Below, in pieces: positions 28,077 to 37,860 of a stretch of DNA of 64,000 nt. This DNA comes from Akkermansiaceae bacterium. Its GTDB lineage: Bacteria > Verrucomicrobiota > Verrucomicrobiia > Verrucomicrobiales > Akkermansiaceae. Location: contig JBPOGF010000003.1 in NCBI GenBank assembly GCA_051251915.1, positions 192,001-256,000 on the forward strand. The letters are read 5' to 3'. Every line of letters begins with the position of its first letter. Within the stretch, counting starts at the first letter, position 1. The notes under the pieces were generated by a model. It was not told the DNA's origin. It saw nothing but the letters and a program-made list of their open reading frames with translations, and did no database searches. The position numbers were made by a program, and so were the translations under genes.

Positions 28077-28784
28077 ATGACACCACATATTAATGCTAAG
28101 GCTGGGGATTTTGCGGAGACTTGTTTGCTTCCGGGGGATCCATTGAGGGCGAAATTTATTGCGGAGACATTTTTGGATGATGTGAAGCAGGTGAATTCTG
28201 TTAGGAATATGTTTGGCTATACGGGGACGTATAATGGTAAGCGGGTGTCTGTGATGGGGACTGGGATGGGGATTCCTTCTAGTAGTATTTATGCGACTGA
28301 GTTGGTGACGAAGTATGGTGTGAAGAATTTGGTTCGTGTTGGGAGTTGTGGTGCGGTGAGTAAGGATGTGAAGGTGCGGGATATTGTGATGGGGATAGGT
28401 GCGTCTACGGATTCTGGGGTGAATAGGGCTAGGTTTAGAGGGATGGATTTTTCTGCGTCTGCGGATTATGGGCTTCTTAGGAGGGCTGTGGATGTTGCGG
28501 AGGAGAAGGGGTATGCTGTGCAGGTGGGGAATTTGTTTTCAGCGGATTTGTTTTATCATCCAGAGCCTGCGGTGTTTGATACGCTGGAGGCGATGAATAT
28601 TTTGGGGGTAGAGATGGAGGCGGCTGGGTTATATGGGATAGCTGCGGAAAATTATGAGTTGGGGGTGAAGGCGTTGGCTATCTGTACTGTTTCTGATCAT
28701 ATCCGAACGGGGGAAAGCTTACCTCCTGAGGAGCGGCAGTCTTCGTTTACGGAGATGATGGAGGTTGCGTTGGGGATTTTGTAG
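28077..28784 (+). CDS. deoD: Purine-nucleoside phosphorylase
   Basis: [38 protein letters not shown]. Confidence 0.97.
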   Translation: MTPHINAKAGDFAETCLLPGDPLRAKFIAETFLDDVKQVNSVRNMFGYTGTYNGKRVSVMGTGMGIPSSSIYATELVTKYGVKNLVRVGSCGAVSKDVKVRDIVMGIGASTDSGVNRARFRGMDFSASADYGLLRRAVDVAEEKGYAVQVGNLFSADLFYHPEPAVFDTLEAMNILGVEMEAAGLYGIAAENYELGVKALAICTVSDHIRTGESLPPEERQSSFTEMMEVALGIL

Positions 28785-28874
28785 GTTCTTTTGGTGTGGT
28801 GGTGAGAAAGATAAACTTTTGTAAAATACTAATGGTTAGTTGGGGTGATATGGAGTATGACTGTAACAGACAAG

Positions 28875-29729
28875 ATGAATAAATTTTTAACTATTTTCCT
28901 ATTTTCGGTGGTGTTTAATGTGGCGGCGACTTCAGCGATGGCGCAGAGTGTGAGCCGAGCAAGCGTTGCCACTCCAATGCCTAAGTCTTCAGCTCCTAAA
29001 GTGCATGCGAAGCGAGTGATCGTGGTGGATAATGTGACGGGGGCTGTGTTGTATGAGAAAAATTCTCTGGAGAAGTGTGCGGTGGCATCGACTCAGAAGT
29101 TGATGACTGCGGTGTGTGTTGTGGATGCGGGGTCGCTGGAGAATGTGGTGAATGTGACGTCTACTGATACGAAGGTGGAGCCTACGAAGATTTATATTCG
29201 TTCTGGTGAAACATATAAGCGTAAGGATCTGCTGAAGGCGTTGCTGGTGAAGTCTGGGAATGATGCAGCGAGGGCGCTGGCGCGGGATGTGGCAGGGAGT
29301 CAGGTGAAATTTAGAGGGGTGATGAATGCTAGGGCAAAGAAGTTGGGGATGAGTAGTTCTTATTTTTACAATGCTCATGGTTTGACTGAGGGTGGGCAGT
29401 ATTCTACTGCTAGGGATATTGCTATTTTGATGAGGAAGGCGGTGAGGATTCCTACTTTGAGGTCATATATGTTGACTAGGGGGTATTATTTTCAGCCTCC
29501 TGGGCGGAATAAGCAATGGTTGACGAATACGAATAAACTGCTTCCTAAGTTGTCTTATTGTATGGGGGGGAAGACTGGATACACGAATGCTGCTGGGCGA
29601 TGCTTGGTGACTTATGGAGAGCGCAATGGGCGCTCTGTGATTGTTGTTTGTCTGGGGTCTACGTCAGCGAAGATCTGGGATGATGCGGGTAGTTTATTGA
29701 AGTGGAGTTTGGAGCAGCCAGGTCTTTAA
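28875..29729 (+). CDS. D-alanyl-D-alanine carboxypeptidase/endopeptidase (peptidase S11)
   Basis: SxxK (STQK), SGN and KTG motifs; signal peptide. Confidence 0.92.
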   Translation: MNKFLTIFLFSVVFNVAATSAMAQSVSRASVATPMPKSSAPKVHAKRVIVVDNVTGAVLYEKNSLEKCAVASTQKLMTAVCVVDAGSLENVVNVTSTDTKVEPTKIYIRSGETYKRKDLLKALLVKSGNDAARALARDVAGSQVKFRGVMNARAKKLGMSSSYFYNAHGLTEGGQYSTARDIAILMRKAVRIPTLRSYMLTRGYYFQPPGRNKQWLTNTNKLLPKLSYCMGGKTGYTNAAGRCLVTYGERNGRSVIVVCLGSTSAKIWDDAGSLLKWSLEQPGL

Positions 29730-30886
29730 TGGGGTCTCTAGAGGATGATTTATCAGAGCTTGATGAGAGTTCTCTGAGACGGAGGCTTAGGTGGGTAGGG
29801 AGTGGGCAGGGCAGGGAAATTCTGTTAGATGGGGAGCGCGTAGTGAACTTTGCCTCGAACGATTATTTGGGGCTTGCGAGTCATCCTGAGATTATTGCGG
29901 CGATGAAGGCAGGGGTGGATGAGTGGGGTGTGGGGAGTGGTGCTAGTAGGTTAATCACGGGTTCGATGACTGCGCATGGGGAGTTGGAAGAGTATATTGC
30001 GGAGTTGAAGGGGTGTGAGGCGGCGTTGAGTTTTAGTACGGGTTATGCGGCTTCTGTGGCGACTGTGAGTGGGCTGATGGGGAAGGGAGATACGATTATT
30101 TTAGATAAGTTAGCGCATGCTTCATTGATTGATGGGGCGCGGCTTAGTGGTGCGACTGTGAGGGTGTTTCCGCATAATGGATTGGGCAAACTTGAGCGGT
30201 TGTTAGAGGGGGCTGTTAGAGGGGCTGGTAGGGTGTTGGTGGTGACGGAGAGTGTTTTTAGTATGGATGGTGATGTGGCTTTGTTAGAAGAAATTATTTC
30301 TTTGAAGGATAAGTATGGGGCGATGTTACTGGTGGATGAGGCGCATGGGTTGGGGGTTTATGGCGAGCGTGGGTTGGGGTTGATAGAGCATTTGGGGGTT
30401 GGTGAGGGTGTGGATATTCATATGGGGACGCTGGGGAAATCTGCGGGAGTTGCGGGTGGATATATTGCGGGTTCTCGGGCGTTGATTGATTTGGTAGTGA
30501 ATAAGGGGAGGGCGTTTATTTATTCTACGGCTCCGCCTCCGGCGCAGGCTGTGGCAGCGAAGAGGGCATTAGAAATTCTTACTTCTGGTGAGGGTGGAGA
30601 GCTTAAGGAGAAGCTGTGGGGGAATATGAAAAAACTTACCTCTATGCTGGCGGATGTGCGGGAAATAGTGCCGACTAGTGCAATCATTCCTTGGCATGTG
30701 GGTGAGGCGGATGATGCGCTTGAACTATCTAACAGGTTGTTAGAGGAGGGTGTTTTTGTGCCGGCGATCCGTTATCCTACGGTGCCGCGTGGGACGGCTA
30801 GGTTGAGGATCACGTTGACGGCTAGCCATAGTGAAGCGGACTTAATAAGACTCGCTGAGGTATTAGCTGAGTCTGAGGGCCGCTAG
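29729..30886 (+). CDS. bioF: 8-amino-7-oxononanoate synthase
   Basis: NFASNDYLGL, GSGASRL, HASLIDG, ESVFSMDGD, DEAH, TLGK, IRYPTVP. Confidence 0.93.
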   Translation: MGSLEDDLSELDESSLRRRLRWVGSGQGREILLDGERVVNFASNDYLGLASHPEIIAAMKAGVDEWGVGSGASRLITGSMTAHGELEEYIAELKGCEAALSFSTGYAASVATVSGLMGKGDTIILDKLAHASLIDGARLSGATVRVFPHNGLGKLERLLEGAVRGAGRVLVVTESVFSMDGDVALLEEIISLKDKYGAMLLVDEAHGLGVYGERGLGLIEHLGVGEGVDIHMGTLGKSAGVAGGYIAGSRALIDLVVNKGRAFIYSTAPPPAQAVAAKRALEILTSGEGGELKEKLWGNMKKLTSMLADVREIVPTSAIIPWHVGEADDALELSNRLLEEGVFVPAIRYPTVPRGTARLRITLTASHSEADLIRLAEVLAESEGR

Positions 30887-31484
30887 GGGTGTCGTTGCTT
30901 GGGGCGAGGTATTTGTTAGAGATGTAGTGTGTGCCGTTGGCGATGTATTCGGTGGCGTTGGAGATGCTTGTTGTGGCGGTCTTCCATTTGTCTGTGGCGG
31001 CATTGCTGAGTTGTTGGAAATTTTCTTCGATTGATTGTTCGATGTCAGCTTCAGTTAGATTGATCTCGATTTTGGGAATGGTGATGCTGAGTTGATCTTT
31101 AGAAGATACTTCAATGTTGTCAGCGATGTCGTCTTGTGGCTTGTCCTGATTGTCTCCAAGGAAGGTGAAGGTGGTGGCTATGGCGATGATAGCTGCTATG
31201 GATGCGACTTTGAAAAACTTACCTCTGATGAGGTTTGATTCTTGATGTTGTTTGAGTTGGGAGATGATGGGGAGGGTGAGGTTTTGTTGGTCGATGAGGT
31301 GACCAGATGCGATAGAGGTAAGGTTTGAGTCATTGCTCCAGGCTTGATGGAATTCGGCACATTCTTGGCAGGTTGCTATGTGCTGGGCGTCTGAGGGGGT
31401 GAGGTTCTCATTGGTATCGATAGCATCGGAGATGGAGAGCTGGATGAGTTCACATGTTTGATCTGTTTTTACGTTTGTTTTCAT
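30822..31484 (-). CDS. Putative zinc-binding anti-sigma factor
   Basis: HxxxCxxC (HIATCQEC) plus one TM segment; overlaps the ECF sigma stop. Confidence 0.8.
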   Translation of the reverse strand: MKTNVKTDQTCELIQLSISDAIDTNENLTPSDAQHIATCQECAEFHQAWSNDSNLTSIASGHLIDQQNLTLPIISQLKQHQESNLIRGKFFKVASIAAIIAIATTFTFLGDNQDKPQDDIADNIEVSSKDQLSITIPKIEINLTEADIEQSIEENFQQLSNAATDKWKTATTSISNATEYIANGTHYISNKYLAPSNDTPSGPQTQLIPQRVLLSPLHYG

Positions 31485-32041
31485 AGTGTGAGGTTGTTGA
31501 TGAGTGTGGAATTTGAGAGTTTTTTTCTGGCACGGAAGAGGTGGATCTTGGCGTTAGAGTTGGTGATCTGCATGTGTTTGCAGATTTCACTGACTTGGAG
31601 GTCTTGTTGGTATTTGAGCCAGATGGCGGTGAATTGTTCTTCGGAGAGGATGCGCTTGGCTTCATTCCAGAACTGGTTGGTTTGTTCTGTGATGAAGATG
31701 CGGGATTGGGGGGTGTCTGAGTGGCCGGCGTCTGCGGTTTCTGCTATGGGTGTGGGGAGGCGTTTTACTTTTCGGAAGTGTTCGTTGGCTTTGTTTCTGG
31801 CAATGCCGAAGATCCAGGCGCTGAAGGGGAATTCTGGTTTGTATTGGTGGAGGTTTTTGTGGGCGGCGATGAAGACTTCTTGGGTGATGTCATCGCTGTC
31901 TGCGGAATTTGAGCAGCGCTTGTTGATGAATGCGCGGATTTTGTTTTGGTAGGTGTTGATAATGTACGAGAACGCTGAAGTATTCCCGTTTAGGATACTT
32001 TTGATGTGCTGTTGCTCATCGTTTGCGTCGCTCATTATCAT
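31481..32041 (-). CDS. ECF-family RNA polymerase sigma factor
   Basis: DDITQEVF, FSAWIFGIARN, EI..M..K..LFRARKKL. Confidence 0.92.
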   Translation of the reverse strand: MIMSDANDEQQHIKSILNGNTSAFSYIINTYQNKIRAFINKRCSNSADSDDITQEVFIAAHKNLHQYKPEFPFSAWIFGIARNKANEHFRKVKRLPTPIAETADAGHSDTPQSRIFITEQTNQFWNEAKRILSEEQFTAIWLKYQQDLQVSEICKHMQITNSNAKIHLFRARKKLSNSTLINNLTL

Positions 32042-32101
32042 CGTTTGGAAACGATCTGGGCATTGGCTCCGGGTGAGCCAATGCGCGGATGAATGTATTG
32101 T

Positions 32102-33403
32102 TTAGTGCTCTTGTGTTCTTGTGCGAGGAGGAGCTATTTCTTCTCTCATTTGCAGATTAACGGATCTTGGTTCCCCAAAGTAGGCGAACAGTGGGGCGAT
32201 CCCTGTGAGGTAGTTGAGGTGTTGAAGGCCTACTGGTCCGCGGCTGGCGATGAGGATTCCGTCATCATCTTTGCCGAAGGTCATGGCCCAGCCTTTGTCT
32301 GACTCGGTGATGTCAACCATGAGGCGATCTACGATTTCTTTTCCTTTGGCAAAATCTTTTCCTAACATGCCATTTTTTGCTGCGCTGTCATACTGAGATT
32401 TTGCGGTGCGGAGTAGGTCTTTCGATAGATACATCATGGAGTTTGCTTTGTTGGGCAGGTGTTCCATGGCGGCTTTGAATTCTGGGGAGTCAGCGAGGGA
32501 GTTTTCACCAGATTTACATTTGGTGAGGAACTCAGGGCTTGAGCTGACCCAGATGTGGCCTGCTGTATTGTCTATGACGAGTTGAGGTGAGTAGCCCATG
32601 AGCTGTGCTCTCATTTCTGCAGGGATGGTGTAGGTGATGATGCCATTAACTTCAGACTTCTGTAGTGGGGCTCCGGACTGGGCGATGAGTTGGTCACCTA
32701 GCTTGTCCCATAACCAGTTGAGGCCGTCTATTCTGATGACTGCGTTGGCGCCAGTGGCGATGGCTAGAGGGTTGGTCTGGGCAGCATCGCCAGTGTTTAC
32801 ATCTAGAGCGATGCAGGCGGTGACGTTGAGTTTAGCGAGGAGCTGGGTGGGGGTCATGTTTAGCTCAGGGATGTTTTTATCCATGTTGGCTGCTATTTTA
32901 TCTTCGCCGCTGAGCTTAGCGATTTCCATGAGCATTGGTGCGAGCTGGCGGAGGTCGAGCTGGAGCTGGAGGGCAAGATCTGTGCCGGCTGGGCTGATGG
33001 TGGGGGCGACTGGGGTTTGGTTCTTTTCTCCGAAGAGTGAGAAGATGCCGGAGTCATTGCCGCCATTTTCAAGGTAGCTGTGGTTGATCCAGGCGTTGTC
33101 GAGTTCTTTGGCGCTGCTTCCAGTGGCTTTGAGTGAGTTTACTCCGAGGATGCGGAAGAGTTCTTTGGCGGTGATATTTTCAGGGATGGGTTCGCCATTT
33201 TTTCTAGCAGTCTGGAGAATGAGCTCGAGGTACTGGGTGATGGCAGCCATGTCTCCATCGAGCTTGGTCATGCTGATGTAGTCACCAGCGGTGTTGAGCT
33301 TAGAGGCTGTTTTTTGGAGTGATGGGTGGAAGTCTTGGGCGATGGCGGCGCTATGGCAGCCGAGAGCGAGCATGGGGATGAGGAATAAATTTTTCTTTTT
33401 CAT
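32102..33403 (-). CDS. Exported hypothetical protein
   Basis: Signal peptide; 433 aa; upstream of and co-oriented with the ECF sigma gene. Confidence 0.75.
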   Translation of the reverse strand: MKKKNLFLIPMLALGCHSAAIAQDFHPSLQKTASKLNTAGDYISMTKLDGDMAAITQYLELILQTARKNGEPIPENITAKELFRILGVNSLKATGSSAKELDNAWINHSYLENGGNDSGIFSLFGEKNQTPVAPTISPAGTDLALQLQLDLRQLAPMLMEIAKLSGEDKIAANMDKNIPELNMTPTQLLAKLNVTACIALDVNTGDAAQTNPLAIATGANAVIRIDGLNWLWDKLGDQLIAQSGAPLQKSEVNGIITYTIPAEMRAQLMGYSPQLVIDNTAGHIWVSSSPEFLTKCKSGENSLADSPEFKAAMEHLPNKANSMMYLSKDLLRTAKSQYDSAAKNGMLGKDFAKGKEIVDRLMVDITESDKGWAMTFGKDDDGILIASRGPVGLQHLNYLTGIAPLFAYFGEPRSVNLQMREEIAPPRTRTQEH

Positions 33404-33472
33404 AAGTGTGTGAGTTATTGTTGTTACTGATAGTTTAGAGTCGGGGGGGAGTTTGGTTACATTTTTTTCGAT

Positions 33473-33511
33473 AAAAAAACCAACTTTCCTACTTTGAAGA
33501 TAGTTGGTTTA
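33473..33511 (-). terminator. Terminator downstream of ferritin
   Basis: AAACCAACT...AGTTGGTTT stem with A-run (U-tract on the minus strand). Confidence 0.55.
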
Positions 33512-33554
33512 AATGATGTTGGACAGTCAAAAAGTCGACTGCTTGATGGGATGT

Positions 33555-34055
33555 TTACTCCTCTTCTGGTTTACGTTGGCCGAGTTTGTCGTTGAGATAC
33601 AGGAGGCCTGCTTTGTCGTCGCCGATGAGTTTGAGGTTGGCGATGATGTCTTCCATGCTTTTTTCTTCTTCTACTTGCTCGTCAAGGAACCACTGGAGGT
33701 GGCTCTTGGTGGCGTGGTCATTTAGCTTGAGGGCTAGTTCGTAGAGTGCGTTGATGGAGGTGGTGTTTTCGATCTCCATTTGGAGAGAGAGTTCGAAGAC
33801 CTCGAGGATGGAGGAGAACTCGATTTGCGGGCTTGGAATGGATGCGAGTTCTACGCGGCCTCCTCTGTCTTGAAGGTAGTTGAGAAGCTTCATGGCGTGG
33901 ACTTGCTCTTCTGCGTGTTGGTTCTGCATCCATGAGGCGAGGCCGTCTAGGCTGAGTTCATCGAAGTATGTGGACATACCGAGGTAGCTGTAGGATGCGG
34001 TAAATTCTTGGGCGATCTGAGCGTTGATGGCGTCTTGTAATTCTTTTTTGATCAT
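33555..34055 (-). CDS. ftnA: Non-heme ferritin
   Basis: N.QI..E..AS.SYL, EE..HA.K, E..NT..I, LQWFLDEQVEEE. Confidence 0.93.
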   Translation of the reverse strand: MIKKELQDAINAQIAQEFTASYSYLGMSTYFDELSLDGLASWMQNQHAEEQVHAMKLLNYLQDRGGRVELASIPSPQIEFSSILEVFELSLQMEIENTTSINALYELALKLNDHATKSHLQWFLDEQVEEEKSMEDIIANLKLIGDDKAGLLYLNDKLGQRKPEEE

Positions 34056-34204
34056 AATTTGTATGTTGTTTCTAGTATTCAATATATAGACTTGTGAGCG
34101 GGGGTCAAGAGACGCCTGATTATTTAAATTTTTTCTTTGATTAAGAGGTGTGTCATGGTGGAAATATTGTTTACAAAATGTGTTCTATGTTGGAGGTTGT
34201 CTGG

Positions 34205-35713
34205 ATGAAACCTGTATTACTTGTTCTTGGAGTTTCCCTTATGGGGTTGACTGGTCTGGCTGCTGCGGAGAAGAAGCCGAATATTATTTTTCTGCTATCT
34301 GATGATCAGAGTACTTACTCGGTAGGTATCTATGGGAATGAGGATGTGAAGACTCCGAATATGGATAAGCTTGGGAAGGATGGGATGATCTTTGATAAGC
34401 ATTATGATACGACTGCGATTTGTATGGCGAGCCGTGCGAATATTTTGACGGGGATGTATGAGTATAAGACGGGGACGAATTTTAGTCATGGGAATATGAA
34501 GCCTGAGATCTGGGCGAAGTCTTATCCGGTGTTGTTGCGTGAGGTTGGGTATTTTACGGCTTTTGCTGGTAAGTTTGGGTTGGAAGTTGAGGGTAAGGGT
34601 TTATGTGAGGGGGATTTTGATATGTGGGGTGGGGGGCCTGGGCAGACGATGTATGAAACTAAGAAGAACAAGTCTATGGCGAAGTATGCCGAGGAGTTTC
34701 CACATTCTACGGTTTCTTATGGTGCGTTTGGGCGCGATGCGATCCGTGAAGCGGTGAAGGTGAATAAGCCGTTTTGTTTGTCGATTAGTTTTAAGGCGCC
34801 GCATAAGCCTGCGACTCCGGATCCTCAGTTTGATGATGTTTATAAGGATAAGGTGTTTAAGAAGCCGGCGAATTATGGTCGCGAGCATGGGGAGCATTTT
34901 TCTGAGCAGAGTAAGCAGGGGCGTCAGTATGAGAGGTTTGAGAGCTGGGATTATGATAAGAATTATGATGGGGTGATGCGTCTGTATCATCAGCAGATTT
35001 ATGCGATTGATGTGGCGTTGGGGATGATACGGGATGAGGTGGAGAAGCAGGGTGTGGCGGATAATACGGTTATTATTTATACGAGTGATAATGGGTTTAT
35101 TTGTGGGTCACATGGTTATGGTTCTAAGGTGTTGCCGATGGAGGAGTCTACACGTGTGCCTTTGATGGTTTTTGATCCGAGGAGTGAGAGTTCTGGTAAG
35201 GGGTTACGGTGTGCGAGGCTTACGGGAAATATTGATTTTACGCCGACTATTCTGGAGCTTGCTGGGTTAGAGGTTCCTGCGAATGTGGACGGGAAGAGTT
35301 TAGTGGGGCTGCTGAAGGATCCGACTACGGGTGGGCATGAGCAGCTGACTTTGATGAATACTTATGGGCCTGCTGCTACGAAGTTTCTGGCAGTAACGAC
35401 ACGCAAGTATAAGTATAATTTTTGGTGGTATGGGTTTAAGGGGATGACGCCTACTGAGGAGCTTTTTGACTTAGAGAATGATCCTATGGAGCTGAATAAT
35501 CTGGCGAAGAATCCTGAGCATAAGGAGGCTTTGGAGAAGATGAGAGCGGTGTATGATGGTGCTCATGGGCATCTCGATGAGGAGGGAGTGGAGTATAATA
35601 GTTATAAAATTTATAAGACACTTTTTGATAGAAACATCCCTGTGGAGGAGAAAGATGAGTCTGGTAAGGAAGCTAAACAAGGTAAGAAGAAAAAGAAGAA
35701 GGCTGTGAAGTAG
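34205..35713 (+). CDS. Sulfatase
   Basis: [37 protein letters not shown]; signal peptide. Confidence 0.93.
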   Translation: MKPVLLVLGVSLMGLTGLAAAEKKPNIIFLLSDDQSTYSVGIYGNEDVKTPNMDKLGKDGMIFDKHYDTTAICMASRANILTGMYEYKTGTNFSHGNMKPEIWAKSYPVLLREVGYFTAFAGKFGLEVEGKGLCEGDFDMWGGGPGQTMYETKKNKSMAKYAEEFPHSTVSYGAFGRDAIREAVKVNKPFCLSISFKAPHKPATPDPQFDDVYKDKVFKKPANYGREHGEHFSEQSKQGRQYERFESWDYDKNYDGVMRLYHQQIYAIDVALGMIRDEVEKQGVADNTVIIYTSDNGFICGSHGYGSKVLPMEESTRVPLMVFDPRSESSGKGLRCARLTGNIDFTPTILELAGLEVPANVDGKSLVGLLKDPTTGGHEQLTLMNTYGPAATKFLAVTTRKYKYNFWWYGFKGMTPTEELFDLENDPMELNNLAKNPEHKEALEKMRAVYDGAHGHLDEEGVEYNSYKIYKTLFDRNIPVEEKDESGKEAKQGKKKKKKAVK

Positions 35714-35739
35714 TCATGTAGCTGGGGGTGAACCTGAAG

Positions 35740-37686
35740 CTATGTTCCTACTATGCCGCCGCCTATTTTCTGGATGGCGACTACGGATGGGCGTGGTGGC
35801 ATGTTGGGGTTGAAGTCTGGCCAGCGTGTGGAGGGTGAGTTGTAGTCTGAGCCTTCTCCTGGGTGCTGGACTGCGCAGAAGAATGTGGAGTTGTCTGGGG
35901 TGAAGAATGGGCCGCAGAGTTCTGCTGCGGTGGGTGTCTGGAGGAAGCTTTTGCTGAGTGCGCGTGCGGGTCCGGTGGTCTCGCTTACCCAAACGCCGTC
36001 TGCGATGCCGAATTTGCTGCCGCCGTCTGTGGCGATCCAGATGCGGCCTTGGTTGTCGAATGCGCAGTTGTCTGGTGACATGAACCAGCCGTGTTCGGTG
36101 GTGTCTGGGTGGTATTTTGCTTCGTGGTCTGGTTTTTCTGGGTTTCCGGCGAGGATGAAGATGTCCCATTGGAAGCTGTCTGCGGTGTGGTCATCGTTTG
36201 GTGGTGTCATTTCGATGATGTGGCCGAAGGAGTTGATGACGCGAGGGTTGGCGTCATTTCTGGAGGTTCTGTCTCGTTCGTCGTTGTTGGTGAGCATGGC
36301 GTAGACGACGTTTGTCTTGAGGTTGACTTCGATGTCTTCTGGTCTGTCCATGGGGGTGGCGTACATGAGGTCTGCGGCGCGGCGGCAGTCTATGCAGACG
36401 TCTGCTTGGGATTTGAATCCGTTTGCTTTTGTGAGGGGGCCGTTGCCGTGGATGAGTGGCACCCAGATGAGTTTGCCGTCTTCTTTGAAGCGGGCGGCGG
36501 AGAGGGTTCCTTCGTCCAGGAGGGTCATGTTGTGTGGTCTGTTGCCTTTGATGTATTTTTTGTTGCTGACGAATTTGTAGATGTATTCGAATTTCTGATC
36601 ATCTCCGGTGTAGGCGACTACGGAGTTGTCTTTGTTGATGGTGATGGAGCAGCCTTCGTGGCGGAATCTGCCGAGGGCGGTGCGTTTCTTGGGGGTGGAG
36701 TTTGGGTTTAGTGGGTCTACTTCTATGACCCAGCCGCAGTGGAGTGGGCCGTTGTGAATTTTCTCTAGGTTGAAGCGTTCATCGAATAGTCCCCAGGGCA
36801 TGGGTGGGGGTGTGGTGTAGGTTTTATCTTCTTGGTCTTGGTAGTAGCCTTGGATGTCTAGGCGCCAGTAGTGGAGGGATTCTGTGGAGTTTGCAGGGTT
36901 GCCGGTGAAGTATTCTTGGATGTTTTCTTCTCCGCTGAGGACGGTTCCCCAGGGGGTGATGCTGCCGGAGCAGTTGGCGAAGGTTCCCCAGGTTTTGATG
37001 CCGTCAGAAAGCTTATTTTTGAGGCGTGGGTGTCCGGCTGCTGGGCCGGTGATTGCCATGGTGGTGTTAGGGGTGATGCGGCGGTTGTATTTAGAGTCTA
37101 GGATGACTTGCCATTTTCCGTCGATGCGCTTGATCTCTACGACGGACATTCCTTGGGATGCCATGTGGAGCTGGTATTGCTCTTGGGTGAGGAGGGTGGT
37201 TTCATACACGGGTTGGTGCATGAGTCTGGCATCTGAGTACTCGTGGTTGACGGCGAGGAGGCCGTGGTCTGAGTTGGTGGATCCGTGGGGGAGTGGGATG
37301 AAGCCTACGAAGTCGTTGTTGTAGCCGAAGCGCTTGAGTTGCTCGTCTGCGGTGAGGGTTTCTGGGTTGAAGTCTGGGAGACCGGAGAAGAGCGGGTCTC
37401 CCCAGCGGATGAGGACGTCTGCTTGGTAGTTTTCTGGGACGTGTAGGTTATCGCTGACGGTGCGTTCTAGTTCTTTGAAGTCTAGGGTAGTTGGGGTGGC
37501 TGGTGTTTCTTTGTTTGCTTGTGTGGCTTGGGCTCCTATTGAGGTGAAGAGAGCGCCGATGCCTAGTTTTTTGATGAGGTCTCTGCGGCTTAGTCTGTGG
37601 TCTACTACGTTTGCGAAGATTTCTCCTTGTTGTTCCCTTTTTACTGGGATGTCTCCATCATCTAGGTCTTGAGAGTGGTTGTTCAT
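35740..37686 (-). CDS. phoX: PhoX-family alkaline phosphatase, Tat-exported
   Basis: SRRDLIK Tat motif; NNDF, VNHEY, NCSG.TPWGT.L..EEN, GRFRHE, MDRPED, PDN, QHPGE. Confidence 0.93.
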   Translation of the reverse strand: MNNHSQDLDDGDIPVKREQQGEIFANVVDHRLSRRDLIKKLGIGALFTSIGAQATQANKETPATPTTLDFKELERTVSDNLHVPENYQADVLIRWGDPLFSGLPDFNPETLTADEQLKRFGYNNDFVGFIPLPHGSTNSDHGLLAVNHEYSDARLMHQPVYETTLLTQEQYQLHMASQGMSVVEIKRIDGKWQVILDSKYNRRITPNTTMAITGPAAGHPRLKNKLSDGIKTWGTFANCSGSITPWGTVLSGEENIQEYFTGNPANSTESLHYWRLDIQGYYQDQEDKTYTTPPPMPWGLFDERFNLEKIHNGPLHCGWVIEVDPLNPNSTPKKRTALGRFRHEGCSITINKDNSVVAYTGDDQKFEYIYKFVSNKKYIKGNRPHNMTLLDEGTLSAARFKEDGKLIWVPLIHGNGPLTKANGFKSQADVCIDCRRAADLMYATPMDRPEDIEVNLKTNVVYAMLTNNDERDRTSRNDANPRVINSFGHIIEMTPPNDDHTADSFQWDIFILAGNPEKPDHEAKYHPDTTEHGWFMSPDNCAFDNQGRIWIATDGGSKFGIADGVWVSETTGPARALSKSFLQTPTAAELCGPFFTPDNSTFFCAVQHPGEGSDYNSPSTRWPDFNPNMPPRPSVVAIQKIGGGIVGT

Positions 37687-37785
37687 AAATTTAGCTACTA
37701 GTGCGTGAATCTATGTGTGGGTGGTGGGATTTAGGAGGATTGGATTGTTACGGTTCTGTCTCTGTTTCTGTGATGAGGGGGAAAG

Positions 37786-37822
37786 AAAAAGCACCGAGAA
37801 GGACGATGCCTTTCGGTGCTTT
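37786..37822 (-). terminator. Terminator of secDF
   Basis: AAAGCACCGAGAAGG...CCTTTCGGTGCTTT with A-run on the left. Confidence 0.75.
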
Positions 37823-37860
37823 GGTAGTTTTGTGAATGTTGAGTGATCTGGTCTCTCGCT

